Origin: Owenia fusiformis
Taxonomy: Eukaryota
NCBI GenBank assembly: GCA_903813345.2
Contig: CAIIXF020000001.1
Location: 8,618,001 to 8,682,000, forward strand
Length of the DNA stretch: 64,000 nt
Reading direction: 5' to 3'
Shown: positions 46,555 through 60,360 of the stretch, one piece after another
How positions within the stretch are numbered: position 1 is the first letter of the stretch
Layout: the number at the start of each line of letters is the position of its first letter
The notes under the pieces: model-generated
Told to the model about the DNA's origin: nothing
What the model saw: the letters and a program-made list of their open reading frames with translations, nothing else
Databases searched by the model: none
Made by a program: the position numbers and the translations under genes

Positions 46555-47181
46555 CTCGAAGTAAATATGAAAAATGTAGATTTTGATAGCCTCACAACTC
46601 ACAAATGGGTCGCCGACAATGAATGTAGTTCAGTACATATAACAGTATAATTTATTGCTTTTGATTTATCTATGATATATTATATTATCGAATGTATACT
46701 GTGTAATATGATAGTTATTAGTTTCTAGCACTAAAAAAGAGACAAATAAAGTTTAAAGCATCTAAATTCGTTAGTATGCGTACGTAGCGATACACAGCAT
46801 AGTCACGTGATATGTTGCCATGTCTGGTTTCTACGTCTAATTTTGAAAAAACTAGGCCGACAAAAATACACAAACTTTGTCTATTTATTCATTAATACAA
46901 TCAGTGTATGTTTGCCTAATACAATCATCTTTATACATCTGATGCATCTGTAAATGGTCATCTTTGAAACCTATATATGTCGGGACTATTTATGTGACGT
47001 GAACTCTGATTGGTCATAGCTCCGAATAGTTTTCGCGCGGCAAATTTGAACTGCATTTGTTTATAGGTGTCAGCACAAGACTAGTCTTATTAAACTGCTG
47101 CCATCTTTTAATAAAATTGTATTCAAGCAGGTGCTGCCATCTTATTATATTCGTTTGAATAAACTACTCTTTCATTAAAAG
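46555..47181. promoter_or_regulatory. Probable bidirectional promoter between PPP1R42 (-) and PREB (+)
   Basis: Candidate non-coding PPP1R42 exon 1 donor (GAG|GTGAGT, minus strand at 46555). E-box GTCACGTGA ~46802, TGACGT 46995, ATTGG 47009, TTTCGCGC 47031, TTTGAA 47045, and YY1-like GCCATCTT motifs at ~47100 and ~47136. Confidence 0.6.
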
Positions 47182-47241
47182 ATGGCAGGAAAATCACTGG
47201 GATGTGCTGCCACCTTTTTACCGGATATTACTAAAATCAAA

Positions 47242-50200
47242 ATGGCTCCTCATCGAGGAACAACAATCGTTCATACAGAATTTCCACTTTATACCGTACG
47301 TGCCCTAGGTGATCGTCATTTTATGGTGGCGGGAGGAGGAGGAACTGCTAAGACGGGTGTTAAGAATGCTATTGTAAGTGAAATCTTTCAGTTGTTGGTA
47401 GAAAAAAGCTATAGGATAAACACGTCATCATAAATAAACTTCAGACTTCAGTTCAAAATTTGAGGTAAGTCACAGGAACTTGTAGCACTCACGGACCTTT
47501 GCCAGATTACCTCCTCTGTGTCTAGGCTCAATAAATATACTCAAGGACAAGACACGAGATCTTCGGAAAATTTATTTTTTCTTGATTTTGGAGTCAGTTT
47601 ATCGATAAATAGAGTCTATCACATGTCATACATCAAATGATGCATACTGTTAGCTTCAACTCCAATCGCTAAAGCCACACATCCAAGAAAGCGTCTGCTG
47701 ATAAAAGCATAAAATAAGCGAGCGTATATTTAATGGAGTGCTTCGGCTATTTCCATTGTTCAAATGTTTATTCCCAAAGTCAAATGCATTTTCTGAGAAT
47801 GTGACGACATTCCGGATGACGTCACATCAGAGATTACCAAGAAGTCCCATGACGTTTCTTTAAACTCCTGTAGAAACAATAACAACCGTTTGTTAGGCTA
47901 CGCGATCCTTTACTTTCATTGGCTGCTTGTTGCAATGTAACGTAATTTGAGAGACGAACAACATCTGACACTGCCGGAAATTACCGAAGCACTCCATTAT
48001 CTTAACGCTCTGAAACTTTGAAATAAATGTCCCGGGAAAATTCGAATTACAGCGTCAATAATGGATATCATGCAACCATTCAAATTAATACATAAAGAAG
48101 AGATTACTGGGTAAATATTGATCAATCAATGTCTGACAGATGGAAAAAAAGGTCAGTATGACAGTCATATTTTTGGGTGGTCATTTTTTTGATGTAGTAT
48201 TTTTGGCTCATGTCCTATCTTCCCATTTATCCTTTGAGCCTACTACCAATAGGGGCTGGATCTGGCTCCGGATCTGTGGTAGCACTAGGCTATGAATGCT
48301 TACAACCAATCAATGAAGTGTAAGGAACGCATGCTATATACATGCTCATTATCCCAACGAACAAAGTTCTGTAGGGATATAGTGAAGCCCTCCGTCCGTC
48401 AGTCCGTCTGTCCGGAAGATAACTCGAATACTAGTTGACAGATTTTCTTCATATTTAGTGGAAAGATGTATATTGGTGAATAGTTCTACCCAAAATTTTT
48501 TTTTTCAAGATGGCCACCAGTCTAAAAATGGCGGGAATTTTTCGCAAAAATCTTATGTTTTTCATTTCAAACCAAAATAATAAATATTATATTATATATA
48601 TTATTTGAAATTTTGGTAGTATATTAACAACATCTATCTATTTCACATTTATCCCGGGTTTTTCACCCTGACCCCCAGGGGCCGTAAATGGGAGATTGGG
48701 AAAACAGGAATTTGCGTTAATTTTGAGATGTTTTTGAAGTATAGCTTTATTATATAATTGAAGGAATTTCAGAGCAGATCACAATTATGGCATTGTTTTT
48801 CTGATTTGCGCCTCTGAAAATTCAAAATGGCTGACTAGAGCAGAAATTCGACATTACTTAGAGTTATCTTGAAAGTATGGTTACATGATACTACAATGAT
48901 TTATTTAAAATATTTATTGAAGGTAAGAGTATATGGTAAATATTACATTGTGACTGTACAGATTGATGATTTATATAGTGTTCGTTGGGATTTGCTACTC
49001 CGTGGAGTTGCCATTTTCTAGTTAACTATGCAGGGATGTAATAGGAAATGACCATATAGAAAGTCGTCCGTATTTCTACGATGAACTCTGATTAGCTCGG
49101 TGATATCAGAGATTTATTGTAGACTGAAAGAGTGAAGAGGAAGCTCTCTTTTCAAGAAGTGAAGTTGAACGAATGCAAAGGGTATATGGAAAAATACATG
49201 TGCAGTATGTCCATCATATTGTACATAAATGACATTTGTATATTTCAGATTATTTCGGTTTTTGTGCAATAACCTTGTGGCCTCTTATAGGGGTTTCAGT
49301 CGTGTTATTCGAAAATAACAAGGCAGAGAAGCATCAAAATATAAGAGGCCATACCTTTTAAGCCTAACCAGAAGCAATCCAAGATATACAAATCTCATTT
49401 GTGTTTAATATAAATTATTTTTCCATATATTGTTGCACAATGGTCTTTTGATTTCTTATCTTCTTAGGTTTTATTTATGTAAATAATAAAACAGTGAAAT
49501 GGACTGTATCAATTATACTTTCTTCTGAAATATAAGGTCTATTCATTGTTCAATCACCTCTTCAATGCATAAACCATGAATGCATGTAATATATACAGTG
49601 TACATGTATCTACAGTACCTCGTCCTCCATGCAAGAACAAGAGAGTTCAAATCAAAGATGTCAGGGGTAGTAAAATGTGCCCCACTGGATTGTACAAGCA
49701 CTCCAAATTTTCAATTCTAGTTAAGTCATAAATCAAAATCAGCCTCTAATGGCTTTCTTTTTGCAGGAAATTTATGAAATTAAGAATGCAGAAGGAGAAC
49801 TCCACTCAGAAAAGTTGGGCCGCCATGAAACAACTGATGCAGTTATGAACAGTGCATGTATTTGCAACACTAAGAACTATGTGCTGGCAGCTGGGATGGA
49901 AGACAAATGTGAAATATTTAACCTACGATACAAAATTATGTTTCAGTCTAAAAATCCAGGTAAGAATTTAATGATTTACAAAAAAGTATATGTTAACGTG
50001 ATGCAGTAGAAATTGAGAAAACTGCTAGAAACCCATGTCATTTATGTTATGTATAAATAAACCATGAAAAATTGTGACAGTTTTTGACATTTGAGAAATT
50101 TTAATTCTTGAAGATAATTGAATGTGTATTTATAGATGGAGACACTGTGGTTAGGAAAAGGAAGAGCAATCTGACGAAAGCTCAGGACATCAAAGATGCT

Positions 50201-53200
50201 GAGCGTTCTATTAAATTTGAAGTTGAGCACCTGAACTCAGTGACAACAGACTTCCATAGCAAAGGTGGCTACCAGAAAGTTGTTGCGTTCAATCTGGAGG
50301 GAACACTCATGGCAACTGGGGGAGGAGATGGACATCTCAGGGTTTGGGAGGTAAATATAAGATATCAATATTTTAAAGTCTAGAAACAAACAAAAGAACA
50401 CAACTGTGCCTGGTAAGGTGTATTACTTGTATTTTTGGGTGAAGTAAGATAGAGGAAAAATAAACCCCAGAATGTATAGATGAACCTGTATTCAGATTTA
50501 CCCTTCTTATAGTTAAGATATAAAAGCTATGTACATGATGTATAATTGATTCAGTTACAGCTTAACATTTTGCAGGCAAGCATAATCATAAATCATAATC
50601 ACCAGTACTCTTATTCAATACCTGGTTGTTTTACTCAACATTGTGACATTCATTCTTACCAGTCTACTTTCTCATGTGACAAATTGATAGACAAATATTT
50701 GAAGGATTTATTTGTAACAAGAATGTAATTTAAAGTATGTATATTTCAGTATCCCAAATTGAAGAAAGTGTGTGATGTAAAGGCACATAACCAGGAGATT
50801 GATGATCTGGACATTAGCCCACAACAAAATAAGGTACACCACTATAATAACAGCATCGTTATATTGTTCATATGGAGTTTATATTACCACTATAGTTAAC
50901 ATAGGGGTCTGCAATCAGTCTTTACCAAACAATAATTCATTTTCCATTTGGCATATTATTTCCAGTAGGTTTGTGTGTACATGTGGTTTCTAAGAAAGAA
51001 ATGAGGGACGTTAAATGCTTATTATTATTTAAAGACTTTCTGCTCCCCCCCAGTGCTGGGTCTATGGGACCACCAATACCTCCCCCAGCAAACTCAAATG
51101 TCTTATTGGTTGTAGTGTATAATCTATCTGAAAGACACGTCTATAAATTTGCACATTCCACTTTTTGCATATTTTAAATTTCAGGTTGTGACCCTCTCTA
51201 AAGATAACAATGCATTTATATGGGACAGTAGGAAAGGAAACAAAATATGTCCACTCAAGTGGACTCAAAATACAGGAGATACAAAATACAGATATAGAAA
51301 CTGTAGGTAAGTTCATATAATTCTTATACAATGAAATAGATCACTCATAGTTTGGCAAGGTGTGTCCTAATCCAGCCAATCCAAACATAGTGTTTCAAAT
51401 ACTTGCAGTGCGTTATATGTCACCAATCACCACATCCAAGGTCACTCCTTGCATTGTTGTCAAAAAGTCATTGAAAAAATATTCTTTTAGTGATTTTGTA
51501 TCTTTTATGTGACATGATAGAGAATATTTTGCAATGTGTGAAAAGAATTTAAGCCCAAGACCCAATGCATTGTGGAATGACCATTCTTTTCAGGTCTTGT
51601 TTCCTAAAATTAACTTCTTTTTTAAAATTAACACTTGATGCTGTGTGTCTCATGCAAAGGACGATTCTCGGTTTGGAGAACAGTCTCCTGGGCTAATAAT
51701 TTTTTCATGAAAAATATAGAAATATTACCCAAATTAAACTATGAATATTCAAAAGAGGACATTTAAACCTACAAGATGTAAAAATAACAAATTGGTCTGA
51801 AGCAGGGATAACGCTCAATTAGACCGATTCAATAAAATACAAGTCTCGATTTGGGGAAAGAAGTTCATCAGTGTACTGCGCTAATATTTTTTTGCGAAAA
51901 ATCTAGAAATATTACCCAAATTAAATTATGACTATTCAAAAGAGGACATTCAAATCTATATTATGTAAAAAAAATCAAATTTGTCCGAAGCAGGGATAAT
52001 GCTCATTTAGATTGATGAACTTCGTTCTCCAAACCGAGAATCGTCCTTTTGGAAAGCAACCCCTTCAAGGAATGGTCAAAACACATTGTACTGATTCCAG
52101 GGCTTAAATTCTTAAATAAATGATATATGATATTATAATCTTAACTGTTGAATACATGAACCACTAGCAGATCCATGTTCTACCCCCTAGGGAAAACAAT
52201 TTGTAAGGCCTCAATTAGTGGGCCTTTTTAGGCATTACTTGGCCTTTTTGGGCCTATTTAAAAAAAATTCTGACTTGAAATGTAGCCCCCTTGTTAGCTT
52301 CTGGATCTGCCAGTATGTACATATAGTTTAAGATGGGTAACTAAGGCCCAAACTATACAGGAAGTCTTGCATATATTGATAATAATTAAGGAAAAACTAC
52401 ATAATAGTCAAGTGTTAAGCATAGAATTAAATTCTTTGTTTATTTTGAGTTTTTCATCTTCATTTAGATATGGCCTTATAGAGGGAGCAAGAGATAAGTT
52501 CAACCTCTACACGACACATATACCTGTAGTCAGGGGAACTAAACCGCCAAATTGTTACCTCACAAAGTGGGAGACCAAGAACTACACACCTTGTAAGATA
52601 GTCAGCACTGGTCAGGCAGTCACTTCAGCATTAGCAGTCAGGTAGGGAATATTCAACTATGAGATTGCCTTCTATATTATCTGGTTCACCTTTTGCTTAA
52701 TCGAGACTGATTCCAGAGTCATTGTGTAAGGCTGTAAGGAGAAAAGAAAATATGTGTTTTGTCAACTTTTTGTTTTTGGCTGAAAGTAAAATTACTTATC
52801 AAGATCTAAATTGTTAGTTAATTCCATTATTTAAGCAAAGTTTGGTTTGCTCTATGGGTATCTTAGATGGATTGCTAAAACCTATTTTGTTGCAAGAATG
52901 GTCAAAGTTAGATAAATATCAGTGATGAAAATCATGTTCATGAAGCGGTGGCTTGAGGGAAAATGTACAGTATGTGTATCTAAATCAAAAAACTGTGGTG
53001 AGAAAGTCTGTGGTGAGGTCAAATTATCATTTTGAAAAATTCAGTGTCCAACTTAAAAGTTGCATTAAATGTTTCATACTTCTGTTTCCAGCTCAGATGG
53101 TACCTACCTTGGACTAGGGACATTATCTGGAGATGTAGGGGTCTATATCTCATATAGTTTACAGGTAATAACATACAGTACTTGGTAAGTCATTTGCCAT

Positions 53201-54017
53201 GCTTTCCCCAAAGACTTTGTAGATACATGGAAACAAGATGATATACTGTGAAATTAAATATGTTAATTGAAATTTCATGTTGGTTATGCAAACTTTAATA
53301 GTTGAATTAATAGTCAAAATTCTGACACATAATTTAAGAATTTTGAAATAAAGAAAAAAATCAGCTTTGCCCGGTAGATAACTATGTTCTTTCTGCTGCA
53401 TTTTTCCAGTTCAGAGTAATTATTATTTCAAAGGGAAACCTATCAAATTCAAATGCTTTAACTGATATGCCAGATAATTTGTAATATTATATTTTCAGAA
53501 ATTATATTATGTAAAAGAGGCTCATGGTATATTTGTTACGGGACTAGACTTTTTCCCATCCTCCGATTCAACACGTGCAATAATGGGTGACCATGACGTA
53601 AACCTGCTCAGTATCTCCGCGGACAACCAAGTCAAAGTTCATCAGGAACCCACCAGAGGTTAGTGCTTCCAATACAAATATGGGAATACCTTGAATACCT
53701 AGAAAACTGTGAACTTCTTGCTCATGATGATTTTGTAAAACATGTGTCGTTCATTTGGGATTTCTCATTTACTTTACTCTGAAATGCAACAAAATGGTAG
53801 CTCCTCAAATTATTTATTTTTTAGACCACTGAAATTGTTCTGAGGTATACACTCTAACATAGTCTGAAGTAAAATCATATTAGGGTTCAAATCAATTGTA
53901 ATGAATTGAAAATGTCTTATTTTTGTTTCAGCCAGTTACAGTGCATTCTGGGTGCTGCTAGGTTTCCTTGCCATCATATATGCCATCTTTTGGACACTCA
54001 CTGTACTTGGATTGTGA
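47242..54017 (+). CDS. PREB: Prolactin regulatory element-binding protein / SEC12 (Sar1 GEF; WD40 plus C-terminal TM). Exons 47242-47373, 49767-49959, 50136-50350, 50750-50833, 51185-51306, 52468-52641, 53092-53164, 53499-53658, 53932-54017
   Basis: FPLYTV...VAGGGGTAKTGVKNA (Sec12 K-loop), TDF...YQKVVAF...MATGGGDGHLRVWEYP, AHNQEIDDLDISP, EAHGIFVTGLDF, LLSISADN, then TM FWVLLGFLAIIYAIFWTLTVLGL*. An upstream in-frame ATG exists at 47182. Confidence 0.95.
47525..48240. mobile_element. MITE with degenerate TIRs and TA flanks in PREB intron 1
   Basis: TA|GGCTCAA...TTGAGCC|TA. Internal inverted pair ATGGAGTGCTTCGG / CCGAAGCACTCCAT. Confidence 0.6.
48349..49023 (+). mobile_element. Helentron-associated non-autonomous element (HINE / DINE-1-like)
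   Basis: 5' TT plus subTIR ATCCCAACGAAC, (GTCY)n microsatellite, 3' subTIR GTTCGTTGGGAT, stem-loop GCTACTCCGTGGAGTTGC, end TTCTAGTT. Confidence 0.85.
51655..52051. mobile_element. MITE with ~30 bp TIRs and an internal ~190 bp direct duplication
   Basis: AAAGGACGATTCTCGGTTTGGAGAAC / GTTCTCCAAACCGAGAATCGTCCTTT. Repeat starts at ~51711 and ~51899. Confidence 0.8.
52163..52314. mobile_element. Short degenerate MITE
   Basis: ACTAGCAGATCCA ... TGGATCTGCCAGT inverted termini. Confidence 0.5.
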
Positions 54018-56162
54018 TATCAAAGGACATTGCACAAAACTGTGATATTATTACTAAGACAGGTGTATGCTGTACAGTATTCTACAGTTCTGGATTTTAT
54101 GCCAGTGGTTCTTGTATGAATGCTCATCAGCTAAAAGTCAAGACTTTTAAGTACATTTTATATGTATTGATAAGGCCCTATAATTAATGAGCATTCATTT
54201 AGCTAGGTATAAATCTGGTGTACTTCTTCCAGTGGTTGGAACATTCACTATTTAGACTTTGAAACAAAATGCCAAATTATTCCAACATAACAAAGTTTCC
54301 TCCACATGGTTTCAACTAACTGCATAAAGTTTTAATATATTTCTTAAGGTGAAGTAGCCTACCTTCTAAAGGTAAATTTGTTGATATTTATTTAACTCTG
54401 TACAAGATTAGATTATATTTTTGTGAAGAATAGTTTAATTGATGTAATCCAGAATGTCTTAACATTCTGGAATAACTGACATATGATATGCCTAAATAAT
54501 ATTGTCAGTTTAATTTGAATTGTTTTTTAATCATGATTAAATCAAAAAGAATAGTTAGATGATATTGAATTATTTTTTCCATATGATGCAAACTTAGATT
54601 TGGTTTACATTCAATGAGGTAAAATGGACTATTAACAGGATTTATGCGATTGATAAATGTTTGTAGTTCAAATTTATTAATGCACCCATGGGCTTTCAAC
54701 TTTCTCTTGAAAGCCCATGATGCACCCTTTGACAATTTCATTTTTATTCATGGTTGTGGAAGATTTTGATTGTTTCTTATATTACTCTTATTTTTTATTA
54801 TACCCATGTTGGCAGTACACTATGTCAGCATGGAGTCATTGATCGAATTTTGATCTGGAACATATAAGCACTTAGTTTTTATATATAAATGCAACATATA
54901 TGACACTCCTCCAGTCATTATTATTGTTGTTAAGTTGTAATACAGTAGTAATCGGGTATCATTTGAAGGTACTGAAAACAATACATCCTTGCATAGTGCC
55001 TACTGTTTACCTTGTTAGAATGTGTTGGAAACATTAGTTAACTTCCATCATACATGGATTTTCAGATTGTGTTCCTTACAGAAACATGATTATTTGATAC
55101 ATTATGACAAGTGTACAGCCTATGACATGTATGATACAGAACAAAATATTGCCTCTTGAGCTAAAACAATGGAGTGTATGAGTTGGGAGTTTATTGTAAT
55201 GTGATATACTAGTATCACAGTTTCAAACCTTCTGTGTTGAATATCGTAGGAACATTTTTTTGTGAGGGGTTTGCATCAAAATATCAATGTCTAATAGGAA
55301 ACTAAATTTTAGTCTTGGGAAGAGGGTTAACATCATTCAACATTTCAATATTTCCCAAACATGTAAACGAGTGGCTACCTTTCCATTGAAATACTTCCAG
55401 TAGAACATAAAACAGATTTTAAAGTACAAAGGAAATAAAAGTGAGAAGAGCAATGAATGTGTCTTTCAACAAAAGTTTACAAAACTCCATGGAAATGTTT
55501 TTGGGTTTTTTTCACCGGAAATGTTGCCATTTCAACATTTGAGGTATTTAGTTTTCAGGGGATGGGGGTCAAGGTCAAAATTAAATATATTTAGTTTCCT
55601 ATCAGACTATCAGACGAAGCCACCTCTTATTTGACATGTTTTATAAAACATGTTTTAGGTAGGCTATTGAGAATTATTTATTTTAACCTTGGAATGAAAT
55701 ATCAGGTTTTCCAAGTGTATGTCTTCAATAATAAATCCTAGGCTATTCTAATGAAATAAAAAGTTAAATAAAAAAAATCATGTTTTGTTAAATTTTAGGT
55801 TTCAATATTTGGAGCAATTATTCTGTCAACACTAGCCAGTGTCATTGTAGATTGCCATCATTATTGTTACATTGCTACTTGATCATAGTGTGTCAAGGAA
55901 ATAGAATAGATTTAATTTGAAATAATCCTCAATATTTCATTTTTAAATATTCAAAATTTAGTCAAAGTTATCATATTTGAAACCACGTACAAAATTATAT
56001 CAATGAAAGTTTTTTCTTTTGAAAATTATGTCATAGAAGACAGGGGGTGCAATAAGGCCCCCTTTCTGAGCCAATATTGCTTGGGATTTCAATTATGATG
56101 CTGAGGAAATGGAGACTCAGGGAAATAAGAACTATGTGTGCAAGCGCCTACATTTTTATTTC

Positions 56163-56354
56163 CATGGGCGTAGCGCTATTTTTCTAATTCTAAGTAGTAC
56201 GCCACCACCACAGGAACAAGAGTTGAGTGAATGAAAAAACAATCATTTGGGGGATCTGGGGGTTCTCCCCTTGGAAAATTTTGAAATTTGGTTGTATTTG
56301 GAGCGAATTTGCAACCATCTGGTACGCCTGTGCATACCGGGTGCTGCGCCCATG
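56163..56354. mobile_element. Short hAT-like MITE
   Basis: CATGGGCGTAGCGC ... GTGCTGCGCCCATG. TSD not evident. Confidence 0.55.
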
Positions 56355-57111
56355 ACTTCTATTCTTCTTAAATCATATGAGCAGTGTGAATAGCTCTCTT
56401 TGGCTGAGTAAAACAAAAGTCGCTAAAAATTGGATCTTGAGGACATGCTACACTCATTAACAACTTCCACCCAGTGAATCAACAAACCTAATATTGGAGT
56501 CTTGATTGAATTGAAAAGGTTTCTTGCTACTGAAATAAATTTTGAACCAATCATATTTAATCTTTCATTCACTCCGATTTATATGACGTCATTCATGGAT
56601 CCAGAAAAATAAAGACTCGGGAAATATCTCATTTTACGCTGGATTTCTTGTGGAATAAGCTTACAAATAGCAGAAGCCTTACGGTAATATTATATTTAAA
56701 CTACCTAACTTAGATTTGCTGTCCAGTATATATTTTCAAAACGCCCTTTTGACCACGTAAGTGTCTCTGAAAAATTCGTGTTATCGCCCACGATTTCAAA
56801 AAAATTGTTCAAATTCAATTGTTTTATTCAAAATCAGTCGAAAAAGGTTTGAGGTATGCCCCATAATGGGGCATGAAATGCCGGAAGGCGATTTGCCCCA
56901 AACCATGCCTATTCATTGTATATTTGTTTGTATATATGAAATAAACCTAATAATAAAAATAGGTATGCCCCTCTACACAAACTCCCATGCAGTCTGCAGT
57001 GTCTCGGTAGACACTGCGGCGGGCAGATGAAGAAAATCCCCAAAATTTGGTGAAAATAGTTACCATTTTCATCGTATATGTGGTCAATTTTCACACAACT
57101 TAAAAAATATG

Positions 57112-58027
57112 TAGGGGAAGTGGTCCTAATTATCGCACGGTCCTAATTATCGCACGATTGTCCTAATTGGCTAAAATATGCACCCACCTTACTTCGGTCC
57201 AAAGCCTTCTCTATATTCCGGCTTTGAGTAGAAGATTGAGCTGCCTTGGTACTATGAATATTGTAAACCAGTGTGTTACACGCACATTAAATATGGCATA
57301 ATAATATGAAATATACCTTTATGTATACGATTTGAAGAACATCAGCTCACATGGCGTCTGAATCTATTGTTATATTTGATTTCTTTAAGCGAGAATGATT
57401 TCAAAGTTTCCTCCATTTTATTCACGTCCAGAACCGGAAGCCATTTTTAGCTACAGCGAGAAAATGTCACCATGTGTCAAACTCCGAAATGAAATTTTGA
57501 AATATCTAAATCCAGACAAGCAACGCTTCATCCTAAATATAATTAATATTCTTAAAAATTTATAAAAAATGAGTACTAGGTGCGTGTAGGTGCGTGTAGC
57601 ACCTTTTCTAGAGTACAAACGAAATCAATGAAGTTACGTCTAGCTGTAAGCTAGAGACTCGAGTAACACCCACCATCTTTTAACCAGTTTTACGAAAAAC
57701 AGTTCAACACCATTACTCCCAATCTTTATGATTTATTCATATATTTAGAAATATCTCTTCATTTTTTAAGAATTGTTTACTTCCGCTTTGCTATTGCGCA
57801 AGAAGTGAAATTCGTCTGACAAAGTTTGACCCCCCTCCAACTAAAGACAGAAAAGTAAGTGTATAATGTATATTTTGTTGATATTTTACACTAAAACTGA
57901 TAGAAAAATGATTATAGCATATGTGTGTATCTGTTATAAACAGAGAAATGTGTACAGTATCGTGAAATGACATCTGAAACACAACTGTGCGATAATTAGG
58001 ACGACTGTGCGATAATTAGGACCACCA
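57112..58027. mobile_element. Non-autonomous DNA element with doubled subterminal repeats
   Basis: (GGTCCTAATTATCGCAC)x2 at 57122-57155 is inverted to (GTGCGATAATTAGGAC)x2 at ~57987-58023. Right terminus is uncertain. Confidence 0.7.
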
Positions 58028-58400
58028 CACATGCGAGTCTAAGGGGTCTTAAAGTGTTAGCATTCGGAGATTGAGAAATGTCAAACACTACTTAAATTTT
58101 AGAAGAAAGGTTGATCTTTCATCTCATATTCTCAAAGTAAGTTGAAGTTATCATATTTGAAATCGTCAGTAGTTTTCCAGAGTACCCGTGCGGTGATAGG
58201 ACCATGTTCCCCAATCATTATTTTGTCAAAATATCTCAAAATTATTGAAATATGAGAAGAAATCACAGCGGAAGGAATTCTGAGTAAAAGTTGTATTGAT
58301 AATAGTTTACCGTTATCTCGTTCCAAGACTATCTCTACGTTCTAGTCTTGCGAACGTCTTATTCTTTTGTCTGTACGATTACAACACTACTCTTCTTACA

Positions 58401-58758
58401 CTTAAGATACCTATTCCAATAGATTCCTTGGTATTTTACCATTCTTTTCGTGTAGTTGAATCCACAATTGTGTGAGTTTATCGGCAGAACGAAGAGGTTT
58501 TCGTTTTTGATAGCAATATTTGCGTGTAATATTTAACTTATTTCAACCTTCAAATTCCTCCATTCAGTTCCCGGCATGCACCAGTCATAAGGGAAATCCC
58601 TGGGGAATTCCCCTTCCGACATTTTGAAAATTGCTGATATATTTCCAATGTAAAAACTAAAATCTCTTCGTTCTGCCGAAAAACCCATACAATTGGCGAT
58701 CTAACAACATAAAAAGAATTCTAAAATATTAAGGAATGTATCGAGGTAGGTCATTTAG
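58401..58758. mobile_element. Degenerate fold-back MITE
   Basis: TCGGCAGAACGAAGAG / CTCTTCGTTCTGCCGA plus flanking imperfect arms. Confidence 0.65.
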
Positions 58759-59104
58759 GTGTGCAATGCGTAGTATTTTCTCCAACTTTGTAAAAACATT
58801 GACTGACCAATTATACGCGCGTACGACCACAATCTAAAGGGGTCGTAGGATGCGATAAGTTAACCGCATGTGTTGTTTATTAGTTTATACGCGCAATTCA
58901 ACCAATGAAATAATCTAAATTTTTCAATCACGCTACCTGAGCATGGGACAAGAACCAATCACATCAGTTGTTTATTACGACGTTACCATGCTTATAGTGA
59001 GATACCTGCCCGCCACAGTGATATATCACTGCACGGGAGTTTGCCCCATACAAAATCCATTTAGAAACCCGTGAATTTCCTGCAACATTTCAAGGGGACT
59101 TCTA

Positions 59105-59209
59105 CAGTTTGGAACATAAATAATTGACAGGTGGATTTGCTGAAGTGAGGATTTCCCATGTTAAAATAAGAGCATTTTCAAGAGGCCATACATCAGTGGA
59201 TGAGATTTT
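59105..59209 (-). mobile_element. Truncated second copy of the Tc1-like MITE at 46136-46372
   Basis: Reverse complement of ~46269-46372. Begins TA|CAGTT. Confidence 0.8.
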
Positions 59210-59982
59210 TGTCGGTTTCATGTTAAAAAAAGCAAGAACTTAACTTTGACATATAAGTGTTACCTGATGAATGGGACCCTCATGTGCCTTCCAAATGGTA
59301 GTAAACGAACTCCAGTGTAACTACATCAGCTTATCTTTCCGTCCGATCAACAATTAGTACAGTTATACGAGAAATGTAAATGAACTGAAAATATTCCCAA
59401 AATTTTTCCGAATGGCTTGTCATTTTTCCAGAAGCTATGATACGTTATATTACCGAACGTGTGTGAAAATGGAATTTCAATGAAATGTTTGTTCGATGCT
59501 CGGATGATCGCATTTTATTTATCTCTCGTAAAATGAACGAACAAACATGCCATTTTCACACATGTTCGGTAATATAACGTATTATAACTTCTGGAAATGA
59601 CAAGGCAGTCGGAAAAATTTGGGATTTTTTTTCAGTTCGTTTACATCGTACTACTTGTATATTTCTTGTATAACTGTACTTATTGTTGATCGGACGGAAA
59701 GATAAGCTGATGTAGTTACATTGGAGTTCCTTTACTATCATTTGGATGGCACGTGGGGGTCCCATTCATCAGGTAACACTTATATGTGTAACATAATAAT
59801 GATTATGTATAATGATTATCTAAAGTGTCCCATAAGCCTTTGAAGGCTGGGTGCACGCTCGTTTGTATTGATTATATATGTATGTGAAATTGTGCACGAG
59901 ACACTGAAATAAACAAATACTTACTTACTTACTTACTATATGTCGAAGTTAGGTTCTTGCTTTTTTTAACATGAAATAGACA
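59210..59982. mobile_element. Fold-back element with ~250 bp inverted arms
   Basis: 59210-~59465 pairs with ~59555-59982 once the insertion at 59788-59936 is removed. Confidence 0.85.
59788..59936 (+). mobile_element. 5'-truncated non-LTR retrotransposon 3' end (LINE/SINE tail)
   Basis: AATAAA followed by a (TACT)n tail. 7 bp TSD TATATGT (59781-59787; 59937-59943). Absent from the opposite arm of the host element. Confidence 0.8.
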
Positions 59983-60360
59983 GTAACTTAGAATTTACAG
60001 CCAGTTACTTATGTCAGACATTAACAACATTTCGTCCAGTTTTCGAATATCGCCATTTTGTTTTAATTTTAGAGGAAATCACGCAATATCTCATCAAGGA
60101 GCTGAGCTGGTCCCATTTTAATTAATGATTTATTTATCTGGCAATTTTTAGAATATTCAATAAATTTATGACACGACGGCCAGCTTTTTTCAAATGGAGT
60201 TCACAGTATTCCAGATGAAATAACCTCTAGCCAAGAAATTGGCTAGAGACTCGAGTAAAGGGAACCACTCAAAATCACCCAAGATAATAACTTCCTTCTC
60301 ATATCAAAATAACAATGGAGTTCATACGTCAGGTAAATAATTCGTTTAGAAATATGGTTC

